A stretch of 63,318 nt of DNA, the filler included, from Folioceros fuciformis (lineage: Eukaryota), in assembly GCA_049999805.1 (NCBI GenBank). It is 5 parts of 5 records of this genome, joined end to end, with 100 filler letters (N's around TTAATTAATTAA, not from the genome) between each part and the next. Parts side by side here need not be neighbours in the genome. Positions count along the whole stretch, not along the records: positions 50,062 to 61,030 come from JBNGIO010005964.1; positions 61,131 to 63,318 come from JBNGIO010005997.1; 3 more parts are not named here. The stretch is one strand, 5' to 3'. The notes beneath the pieces were generated by a model that did not search any database, was not told the origin of the DNA, and saw only the letters and a list, made by a program, of their open reading frames with translations. The position numbers were made by a program, and so were the translations under genes. Shown here piece after piece: positions 52,340 through 63,318 of the stretch (its first letter is position 1; every line of letters starts with the position of its first letter).

Positions 52340-53340
52340 AAGGGACAGTCTTTGAAGCCTTTCCAACTTGCGCAAAGCAGGAACAATCCTGGCCATCCAG
52401 GAACCTCTCGACACCCCCCACTACCATGTCGAGCCTCCGTACCCTGTCTTTCGCCCAAGGTGCATCCAAAGACCATCTCCACTATGGGATAAGTGGCATA
52501 CTGGGACCATAAACTTGTTTTAGACGGATGTCAGCAAAGAGTTGACCATCCTTGTGGTATATACCATTGAAAAATTCCACCTCCTTTCCTTCCTTGCCTA
52601 CAAGTATCCCTCCAGCAGACAAGAAGTTAAAGATTCGTTCCTGCCCTCCGTGCAAGTGAGGAATTGTGATGGTGAGGGGGAGCTGCTCCCCCCCACCTCC
52701 TATCAAAACCAGAAATGAATAAAAATCCTGAACCAATCTCATAACCGTTAGGTTGATCGCAAACTGTCTGCCTTTCCTCCTTGTTGCGCCTTCCACCTTC
52801 CAGAGCTCTTGACCACGCAGCAAGTCGAAATCCACCTGCCCTAAAGGAGGAGAGGTGCTTCCTTCATCCCTGGAGAAAACTGCTTGCACTTCATGCCAAA
52901 CGGTATCAGTATCCTTGTCATCCTCAGCACAAGGGGTGGAGAAAAGGTCTTCCTTGGAAGCGAACACCGCGTTAACCCTCATGGTGGGACTGGCACACTT
53001 AGAGGGGCTGGCACACTCCACCACGGTTTTTCCGGGCCACGCTGAACCACTACCCTCCAATCCAGACTCCAATCCTGCACCAAATCGGTGGTGATCGCAG
53101 ACTGTCAATGGATCGTTCCCCACGCCAGCAGAAGTCTTCCAAAGAGACCTATTGCCTCCCCTTGTCCCTTCCAGCACCTTGAACTTTTTCCCTTCTGGGG
53201 AGGTGATATCCAATGACATGCGTTGAACAACTTTGTGCAACGCCTTCCTTGCCTTGGCCACAGCAATCTGATCCTGTCGTTTATGTCCTCATACCATGTC
53301 TTCTGAGACACGCGTCCTCTTCCCAACTGCTACCTCCAAG
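52340..53340 (-). other. Unassigned ORF region (possibly LINE ORF1 3' part), continuing past the copia at 60150-61030
   Basis: 259-aa ORF upstream of ORF2 on the same strand, split from 60150+ by the copia insertion (TSD CCAAG). Confidence 0.35.
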
Positions 53341-56300
53341 TAGCGTGAACAGGATCGACAGGCTAGAGTAGGAAAGATGAATGAATTCAATTAATGTGTG
53401 TGAGTGAGACCTTTTATGGCCGTGTCCCGTAAACATGTATGACGGTTTACGTGTAGTGGTTCTTTAGGGCACGCTTCGTGCCCGTTCGTATTCCGTGTAT
53501 ATGCTTAACCTAAAGACTACGCTTAGCTCCGGGAAGCGGGCTATATTAGACCAACATATTTCGTCACCCCCCACTTAGTCCGCATTCCCGCCGTCGTGAA
53601 CTTGCTTACGCCGTAATCTCCAGTCGTCCTCAGTCTTTTGCATACTCTCCACCTGCAGAACGGATTGCAGCTATGCTGAGTGTTGGCGGCCTTTCTCACT
53701 TGGATGGAAGCTTCGTCCTTTTGCTCTTGCTCGCGCTGCTAGTTGGCATCGTCCTCTGCAAATTCTGATGCAGAAGACTTCCGCAAGCTAACGCCGTGTC
53801 CAAGTCTCGCAATGATTCTTAAGTCAGCTCACAGTGATCCAGAGGGTAACCTGGTCTTCAGGTACGCTCCATTTTGGAGGTATCCTGAAGCGGAGGCAAA
53901 GATGGCAGGCTTGTAGTTGTTTTACCTGCACACACACAAGAGTGAAGCAAGGTAGCAATTCCCTTGTGTGTACATCTCCCCCCCACTGTTTGTGACAAGG
54001 CTAACCCAAAGTGTGGGTGCGTGCTCGTGCTGTGCAATTGTGCGGGAGTCAAGAGCTTGCTTGAGTGCCAAGCCCCAAACCCTGGCAGTGAGCGGTGTGC
54101 CGGTCCTTTGGAAGTGACTTCGTGAGTAGGTCTGCCACGTTTTGCTCTGTGGGTACATAGACTAGGTCGATTTCTCCGGAGGCTACTGTTTGCCTAATGT
54201 AGTGCTGCTTGACAGCTATGTGCCTGGTCCGTGAGTGGTGCACTGGATTTCTTGACAAGGCTATGGCTGACTGGTTGTCACAGTAGACAGTGGTAGCTCC
54301 GGGTTGAGGAAAACCCACATACTCCATGAACAGGCGGTTGTACACTGTTTCTTGAGCAGCTGCCGTTGCAGCCGTATATTCTGCCTTGGTGCTCAAGAGC
54401 ACCACCACTGTTTGCTTCTTTGATGTCCAGCTGACTGCTCCTCCAGAGAGGATTGTACAATTGGCAGTAATTGACTGCCTGGAGTCTTCGTCACTTGCCC
54501 AATCAGTGTCAGAATAACATATGAGTAGTGGAAACTTTCCTTGTGACTTGTATTTGAGTCCAAGATGCTGTGTGCCTTTTAGGTAGCGCAGGACTCTCTT
54601 AACCCCTGTCCAATGTGCATTGCCAGGGTTAGCAAGAAATCTTGAGAAGACTCGTGCAGCTGGAGCCACATCAGGTCTTGTCCACCCGCTGATCCAGATA
54701 AGGCATCCTATGAGCATGCTATAGGGTTTCTTTTCCATTTCCAGCTTCTCATATTCTGTCTTCGGACTCTGGTCTGTGGAGAACTTCTCTCCCACAACCA
54801 TAGGAGTAATGGCTGGCTTGCAGTCTGTCATGAAGAATCTCTATAACATTTGTCTTACATAATGTGCTTGGTGACAGAATATGCTGCTCTTGTCTGGACT
54901 AATGACTATCTGTATGCCTAGGAAGAAAGTGAGTTGTCCTAGGTCCGTCATGGAGAACTCAGCAGTGAGAATCGACTTCACTTTCTTCATAATGTCAGGG
55001 GAATTGGCAAATATCAAGGCATCATCTACATACAACGCTAAGATTGCAAACATCTGCCCTTGCCTCAGGATATAGACATTTGTGTCAGCATCACTCTGAC
55101 TGAATCCAGACTGGATCAGGTAAGAGTGAATTTTCTGGTACCATATCCTTGGCGCCTGTTTCAAGCCGTACAGGCTTTTCCTTAATTTGCATACTTTATG
55201 TGGTTCATTCTTACTGACATATCCCTCAGGCTGTGTGATGTACATTTCCTCGTCTATTTCACCATGCAGGAAAGCGGTCTTTACATCCATTTGGTGGATA
55301 TCCAACTTGCATTCCGCAGCCAAGGCAAAAAGCATCCTTACCGAGGAGGCTCAGACAACAGGTGAGAAAGTTTCATGAAAGTCGAGTCCTTCAACTTGCT
55401 TGTATCCATGTACGATGTACCTTGCCTTATATCTAGGCACGGTCCCATTAGGGTTCAGCTTTTTCTTAAACACCCATTTGCCTGTCAGTGGTTTGCGTCC
55501 TGGAGGCAGGTCTACCAGCTCCTAAGTCTGGTTATCAATAAGAGATTGGTACTCAGAGTCCACACCAACCTTCCAAAGCTTGCCTTCAGGAGAGGACAAT
55601 GCTTCCTTCAGGGTAGCTGGTTTTCCGAGATCTTGTGCTGCTATCAGGGCACGTGCAACAAAATTGTGAGGTGTGCTCGACTTGAGAGGTAAGGGAGCAT
55701 CTGAACTGGCAGCAAGATTTGCTTGCTGTCTGCGATACTCTTCATCCAGTTCATAACTTAATGGTTTGTGTGTCCACTAACTTGGATCTGTGGTGTGACA
55801 CCTGCCAGACCTTCTGAGTTCTGGTGGTGCGTGAGCTGTCTCCTCGATAACCTGTGATGCAGGTTCCTCCACATTCTCCTCAACTTCTGGTGGGGGCGAA
55901 GGTGGAGGATTGTCATCGGTTATATTGTCGTGACCCCCTTGCTGATCCTCACTTGAATGGTCACTTGCCTCCAAGGTCGAATCATATGCAGTGAGGTCAG
56001 GTTCATCTTCCAGAAAGGTGTCCTCAGTTTGAGTGGGGACAGCTTGTGGGATGACCACGTGTTCATCATGTGCTGCTAATTCAGTCGAAGATGCATCCTG
56101 TTCATCATTCATGAGGTGCTCCAGGCCAGGTACATCTCTGCCTTTTTCTGAAGTTTGCAGAAGAAACTGCTCGTCAAATATGACATTTCTGGCATGCAAG
56201 AAATGTCGGTGTAGAGGGTCATAAAGCTTGTAGCCCTTAATGCCCTCTGTGTAGCCGATGAACAGGTGTTTGGTTGCTTTAAAATCCATCTTGCGTCTGA

Positions 56301-59300
56301 CTTCATCAGGTGTATGTGCGTAGGCTGGACAGCCCCATACTCGCAAGTGGTCCACCCGAGGCTTAATGCCAGTCCGTCTCTCAAAAGGTGTAGCATTGGC
56401 AAAAGCACGAGTGGGTAGCCTGTTTTGAATGTAAACAGCCGTGGCAACAGCTTCGGCCCAAAAACACCGAGGAAGTCGGGCCAGATGCAGCATAGACTTG
56501 GCAGCAGCCTGTGTGACCTTGTTTTTGTTCTCAGGCAAAGGATTTTGCTCATGCTCGTAGGGAACAGTGAGTTGCCGAAGAATACCCTCCCGTGAGCAAA
56601 ACTCTGTGAATTCTCCTGAGGTAAACTCACCGCCATTGTCACTTCTCAAGCATTTCAGTTTCTGACCTGTAAAACGTTGAGCATACGCGAGGTACAGAAG
56701 GAAGCAAGAGAATGCTTCACTTTTATGCTTGAGAAAATAGGTGACAGTAAACCGACTCCAATCATCAATGAGATGCATAAAATAGAGAGCACCACTAAGA
56801 GAACGTGTAGACATTGGACCACAGAGGTCAGTGTGCACGGTTTGGAGTAGATGAGTAGCCCTCGTAGCATCTTGACTGGGATGAGGGGTTCCCCGGTATG
56901 CAGGCTTCACAGAAGATAGAGTTCTCAGACTTGAATTGAAGTGAAGTCCAATACAAGGAAGAAACAGGCGGGGTCCGGAGACGTTGGAGGTGAACATGTC
57001 CCAAACGGCAGTGCCACAGTTGTGTCTCATTAGGAGGAGTGGTTGCTGCAACATGAGCAGCTGGTGCCTTCAGCTGCTGTATGGGATTGCTCTTCAAGTT
57101 AAGTTGGTATAGGTCGTTCTTGAGAGTACATGTAGCCAGTAACTGGTGTGGAGAAGCAACTTCCCGCAGAGCAAGGCCATCCATGGTCATCTCCAAGGTG
57201 AGTAGTGGAGGAGACAGGCGTCTAAGTGAGACTAGATTTTTAGCCATCTGTGGGACATAGATGACATCTAACAGGGTGATGGTCTTGCCTTGTGTAGGTT
57301 GGAGGACGACTGTGCCAGTGCCCTCTATGCACAGCCCACTATCGTCACCTAAAAGTACAAACTGTCCCTTAGGAGAAGATGTAAAAGTGGTAAAGGCTGT
57401 GCGAGTGTTGCAGACATGCGTGGTGGCTCCTGAATCTAGGTACCAGGCATGCCTATCGTGTGCAGAGGAGACCATACACACTGTGAGGATGGCCCCTATA
57501 TTTTTCTTGGAGGATACATGAGCAGATGGAGGAGCTTCTCTCTTGGGTTCACCATTCTACTTTTTGCGGCATTCAGATTCAACATGGCCAGGTATTCTAC
57601 ACCATGTGCATGGGCCTCTCTTTGCAGTACTGGACTTCGAGGCTGACCATGCAGGGCGAGGAGAGCTGGGCTTATAAGGTGGGCGATCGCCACCGTGAGC
57701 ACGCCGTCCTCGTCCTCGGGAGACGAACATGGCACGTGCAGGGTTGCTGGAGGAGGAACCTCGACCATGAGTGTGAGTAGCCTCCTCGTTTAGCAGAGCA
57801 CCAATGATATCTGAGAGTGTGATTGGTGATGATGTGCCTGCAGCTACTGCTGCTTGGGCAGTCTGTATATGTTGATTTTGAGTGCTCACAAAGCTGTTGT
57901 ACTTCTCTGGTAGGGACATGAGAAGGGCCATTGCAGCTTGGAGTTCATCAACAACGGTGCCAGCCGTAATCAATTTGGTACGAAGCATCCTGAAACGGCT
58001 GACATGATTCTCAACAGTATCACCATCTCGCATTCTCAGGTTATAAAAGGCACGTGTGGCATGAACCAGTGTTGTCACACTTTTCTTCTGGTGCACTTGG
58101 CAGAGTGAGTCCCAGATGGCCTTCGAAGTATCTGCTTCCCGAGCATGGGACATCATGCTTAAGTCCAAAGCAGAGTGAATCACACTTTGGGTGCAAAGGT
58201 CCTTGAGTTTCCAGGCATGCTGGTCTGCTCGGCTTGCAGCAATTGCACCTATCGCAGGTGTTGCTGGCATTGGAGTTGCTCCAGTAACATAGTCCCAAAG
58301 TTCTTGCTCTTGGAGGATGGTACGTACTCGGATCATCCAGATATCAAAGTGTTACCCACTAAATCTATCTTTATCCTTGAAATCATACTTGAAATTGTTG
58401 ACAGTAACATTTGTTGGAGGTTGACTAGGATTTGCCATGGCAGGAACAAATGTGTACTGGCTAAACTGAGTTTGACTTGGATCAAACCGGTGGTCAAGAT
58501 AGAGTGAAGAAGAATGGCTAGAAGCAGGTGAGCTATGTGAGGACCTTGGTGTGGAGACTGAACTATCAGGAGAGGGTGGCTGAGAGAAGATGACATCGGA
58601 AACTAATGTGCCAAGAGTAGTACTGGTGCTTGGTGGAGGATTTGGAAGGGTGTAAGCCTCTGAGTAGTCAAAAGGATTCTCTGGGAAGACAGGTGCCTGT
58701 TCAAATCCATATGTTGGTGACTCTTCAGATATCCCTTCAAATCCAGGAACTGGTAGCGTTCCAGGTACTGCTTCAGATCCGACCCTCTCTGGCGACGTTT
58801 CAGATCTAGAGCTCGAAGGTAACGCTTCAGAGCTTGATCTTGGATGTGTCGTTCCGGGTCTAGCAGGAATCCGGCGCGGTGGCCTCCCTGCTGGACTTGG
58901 ATCCCAAGGTTCCGACATATTCAATCACCATCTTCCTAGATTTCTCCTCAAGTGACATGTGTGTTAAGAATGCAGCCACTTCTGAAATGACGTCGTCCTT
59001 GGATCTTGCTTCAGGTAATATACAAGGCAACTCTGAGGAGAAACTTGGCACGGTTTGATGGAGGTTGATGAATGCGGTTCTTTCTGGCTCAGTGACCACT
59101 GACTGTGTGCTTTGCTGCTTGATCACTCTATCCAGGTGTGCAACCTTTGTGAACAAAGCGTTCAGGTTGTGAGACAGGTGTTTGGACCTGCAGTTGATGT
59201 TGTCGACCTTGCTGCGGAGGCGCTCTTCCTGAACCTCACGCATCCGCCGAAAATCGCACAGTGTTGCGTGCGTGTGACGGCGCTCCTCAGCAAGCAAGTC

Positions 59301-60144
59301 GTGGACAATCTTCAGCACCGGCTCTGCCTGACCAGTCGTGATTCCAGGTGCGCTCGTAGATGGACGCAGGTGCCCACTTCTTCCACAAGTATTGCAAGAA
59401 CTCATAGCTTGGTAAGTGCAGATAGGAGTGTCCCATTGTGCGAGACTGGAGAAGAGGGACTGTTGATCTGCACTGCTCCTGAAGAGAGAGGCTACTTGCC
59501 TTTGTGGATTGAAGGTGCGCTTTGTGCGGCCATTGCGAGGCATTGTTTAGGATAAAAGTCTTAAACACCAATGAACTGATCACAGGTCATGCTAGAGGTG
59601 TGCGAGGCTGATTGTACTGTGCAGGACAGGGACCAAAGCAACAATCTAGCGACCTGCGAACGCGAGTTCATCAGAGTGGCTCGCTGCTCCTTGGCGCCAA
59701 GTGCGCGGACGCTACGCATAGTAGTGATTGACGACCTCTGCCAAGAAAGCTTCCGCCATTACACCAAATCGGGTGAGAGAGAGTCTGAGTGCATGGATTG
59801 TTGCCTGAAAGAAGAAAAAATTCTCATGTGATAGGGTCCTAACGCAGCACTCGGATTTGCAGGTCTCACACACGCTAGGAGGCGACATGGCGGAATCCAT
59901 AAGCTAGCTCTGATACCATAGCATGAACAGGATCGACAGGCTAGAGTAGGAAAGATGAATGAATTCAATTAATGTGTGTGAGTGAGACCTTTTATGGCCG
60001 TGTCCCGTGAACATGTATGACGGTTGACGTGTAGTGGTTCTTTAGGGCACGCTTCGTGCCCGTTCGTATTCCGTGTATATGCTTAACCTAAAAACTACGC
60101 TTAGCTCCGGGAAGCGGGCTATATTAGACCAACATATTTCGTCA
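53341..60144 (-). mobile_element. Full-length (6.8 kb) but defective Ty1/copia retrotransposon
   Basis: 226-bp LTRs at 53341-53566 and 59919-60144 with 4 mismatches. 5-bp TSD CCAAG at 53336-53340 and 60145-60149. PBS at 59918-59907; PPT next to 53567. Gag (CTWCRIPGHVESEC), protease (WYLDSGATTH), integrase, RT (YVDD) and RNase H in copia order, with stops and frameshifts. Confidence 0.97.
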
Positions 60145-61130
60145 CCAAGCTCCTCTACTCTCTTGTGGTCAAGACAGAAGTTGACATTGTTTTCTAGGGA
60201 GTGGGGATGTAGGTCGGCTCTGTATCTGTCACTACAGATCTGGCAGGGCCAGGGTCCCCCCCAAGCCCGGGAGGCTGCTGGCCTAGATTTGACAAGTTGT
60301 GAAGTGATGTGCCCCCCCCGTTGATATGGGAGACTGAGGCCCATACAACCCCTTGGAAGACACTCTACCCACTGCCTCCCCGACAGCTTGAGGTGGAGCG
60401 CAAGATCCTGACCCCTGGTTTGAGCCCACAGGATCCACACCCTCACAAAGCATCTGAGGGGGCAAAACCTTGGAACCTGAGAAGTGCGTTGGAACCTGGG
60501 GTATATCCCGAAAATGCGGTTAGTAATCCCTCAGAACCAGTAGCCAGAGGCATCGTTGCCGATTTAGCGACCCGAAAAGTTTCACATTGACCGCCCCTCT
60601 CCACAGGCACTTCCAATTGCTCATGGGTAATGTCATCCAACGACCGCCCCACACTAGTTGCCTCAGGCCCGGGGGCAGACAACGCCTCCTTGTCAGCGGC
60701 AAGTGGGGAAGCTGCAAGGCTCACGATCCCATCCTGCATGCCCCCTACCTGGCAGAGATCGTCTTGGGAGACCAATCATTCTCCCGACACCCCTAGGTCT
60801 ACCCCGCCATACTTTGCAACTCGGTCCACCCACTTCTCGCCATCTTCCCTATCATCGGCGCCTACGTGGCCTAGCCAGAAACCTCTCGCTGTGGGAGCTT
60901 GTGGGGTTAAAATATGGTACCCGGGGGTACCGCGAGGTCCACACAAGCCCTCTTTGTAGCTCTGGGATTCGATCCCAAGGGAATGATTTGTGTTAAACTA
61001 CACAGGTTAGCTTCTAAAGTCAGCCAACACNNNNNNNNNNNNNNNNNNNNNNNNNNNNNNNNNNNNNNNNNNNNTTAATTAATTAANNNNNNNNNNNNNN
61101 NNNNNNNNNNNNNNNNNNNNNNNNNNNNNN

Positions 61131-63120
61131 GGCAGCCAGCCCCCTCCCAACTCCTTGAGCTGTACTGATCCATTGTCATACACTCGAACTACCTCATAAG
61201 GCCCCATCCATCGTAGGCGAAGCTTCCTTGGAAAGTCCATATACCGGCTATCATATAGGAGAGCTAAGTCCCCTGGTGCTAACTCGTCCCACTTCCGGAG
61301 TTTCGTGTCATGCCTCCTCTTCCTCTGTTCTTGTATGCGCAAAGTCTCTTGCAGTGCCCCTTTCCTCTGTTCCTCGTACTCCACGAACCCCTCCAATCGA
61401 GCTAGTTGACTATCCTCTGCACTCATCCTTTCTTCCTCCACGATTTGGTAGGTTGGTATCTCAAACTCGATGGGCATCATTGGCAACATAACATACGTGA
61501 GGTAATATGGTGTCCGCTTGGTAGTGACCTTCTCAGCAATCCTGTATGCCCACAAAGCTGAGTGTAACTTAGTATCCCAGTCATACATATGCGTCACTGT
61601 CACCTTCGTCAGAATTGTGCATAGCAACCCATTAGATTTCTCTGTCAAACCATTGGCCTTGGGATTGTAGGGAGTGGTCTTGCGATGACGGATGTTGAAG
61701 TATTGAGTGAGGCGTTCTATCACCACGTTGAGGAAATGCGTTCCTCGATCACTTACTAATTCCAACGGGCAACCATACCGGGTGATGATATTTTCAAAGA
61801 GGAACTTGGCTACAGCGCCTGCATCATCCATCCTGGTTGCCTCTGCTTCCACCATCTTGGTGCAATAATTTGTAGCCAAAAGGATGTACTGTTTGTGAGT
61901 CCATCTCGTAGGTGGCCGTATTGGTCCGATGAAGTCTATTCCCCACTTCTCACATGGAGCTAAAGGTAGAATATATGTCAAGGGCCACTATGTGCTCATC
62001 GTAGGCTTCCCTACCCTCTGGCATGCATCACATCGACGGATCAAGTCCCAAGTATCTTTGTGCATGGTGGCCCACCAGAAACCAGACTCTAAAACCTTCT
62101 TCACAGTGACTGGAGAGGAGTAATGCCCTCCAACCTCTTCCCCATGTAGGGCTTCCACCACCTGGGCTGCCTCATGAGGTGTCAAACACCGTCTCACCCT
62201 CCCATTTGGCCCCAACTTATACAGAATTTCCTTCTTCAATTCGTAGGGAGCAACCTTGTGGAGGAAGACAGCCCTCCCTTCTCGCGACAACCCTTTCGGC
62301 ATGATCCCATACCTCAAAAACAGTTTAATGTCATCCATGGACAAGATCTTGGGGCATGTCAGGCCCTCCCTTCCAAGACGCCCCTTTGAGGGTGTCCCTA
62401 CTTCCGGAGGTCTTGTTCCACTCAACCCCGTAGGTTCCCTTCCTCCAGTAGTGTGTATGGCACCATGGCTGGGTCCATCCTTCTCCCTTAAACTTTCGTT
62501 CGCTGCACAATCTGGCTCCTCTCGCAACCAACAAATCATCGATCTCCCTTCGCCTTGCTCCAGTCTTTAGTCGTGATATGAAATCAGCGTTCGCATGTTG
62601 TTTCCCTGACCACGTTTCTACCTCAAAGTCAAATTCTTGTAGCAACAATATCCATCGGGCTATCCTTCCTGAGAGGTCGGGCTTGTTAACTAGATACTTC
62701 AAGGCAAAATGATCAACGTGAAACACAACCTTGCATGCCAAGAGATAGTGCCTAAACTTTTTGCAGGCATATATGATTCCAAGGGCTTCCTGCTCCGTGG
62801 TGGAATAATTCTTCTCCGCCTCAACTAATTGACGTCTTGCGTAGAAGATTGCATAATCCTTCCCCTTCTCGTCCTTCTGACCCAGCACTGCCCCAATTGC
62901 GTAGGCAGAGACATCCACATAGACGTGAAACGGTTTTTCCCAATTTGGGGGTTGCAAGGTAGGGGCAACCACCAAGGCATCCTTCAACGTTAGGAATGCC
63001 CCCTGCCTCGCGCTTGTCCATTCAAAGGGGACATCTTTCTTCGTCAACTCGGTTAACGGGGCTGCCTTCTTTGCAAAGTCATGGATGAACCTTCTGTAAT
63101 ACCCTACTAGGCCCAAAAAT
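61131..63120 (-). mobile_element. Ty3/gypsy pol fragment (RT end, RNase H, integrase), probably non-chromovirus
   Basis: GLVGYYRRFI.DFAK.A.PL..L, FHVYVDVSA.AIGAVL.Q, NYSTTE.EAL, NADFISRL, HHCC, KWGIDFIGP...VSDRGTHF...NGL.E and WMGPY. Confidence 0.93.
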
Positions 63121-63121
63121 G

Positions 63122-63318
63122 TGTCAATAGGATCGACTCCATTCTACGTGCAAGTGTAGGAGAGGAGAGGAGAGAAGAGAGGGTGGTATTGGTGATCACA
63201 ACCATGAAAACAATACACATCACCACTGTCTTACTATGGAGGTCCGAGGTCTCCATTTAAGTAGTACATTTAGGGCTACACAACTTCCAGGTTCAATATG
63301 GGATAATCTACACTATCC
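63122..63318. mobile_element. Probable LTR end of another element inserted in the gypsy RT
   Basis: RT homology stops at about 63120, followed by a TG-initial non-coding stretch with a purine tract and a TA-rich box. Confidence 0.35.

Overview
Eukaryotic nuclear DNA from a land plant, probably a non-seed lineage (inferred from the PLS-PPR, PPO and retroelement types; species not determinable). It is a gapped scaffold with N-runs and four artificial TTAATTAATTAA joiners. Host genes: a 13-exon NDR/AGC kinase (-), a secreted-type polyphenol oxidase (+), a 17-exon CLoG1/AT3G12590-like gene (+), two intronless L-gulonolactone-oxidase-like flavoproteins in convergent orientation, OEP24 (-) head-to-head with a PLS-E+ PPR editing factor (+), and a small coiled-coil protein (-). 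Much of the rest is transposon-derived: several Ty1/copia elements (one full-length with TSD), a chromovirus reduced to its integrase, a non-chromovirus gypsy fragment, an L1-like LINE and a two-gene PIF/Harbinger element. No clear new multi-gene system was found. The best leads are: a PPO whose CuB His2 is Asp and which lacks the thioether Cys and C-terminal domain; an in-frame fossil DYW domain behind the PPR stop; copia elements with an extra 5' ORF and TG...TA LTR ends; a Harbinger element recalling fungal/oomycete families; and a minisatellite derived from copia RNase H codons. All family assignments are from motif recognition, not database searches.
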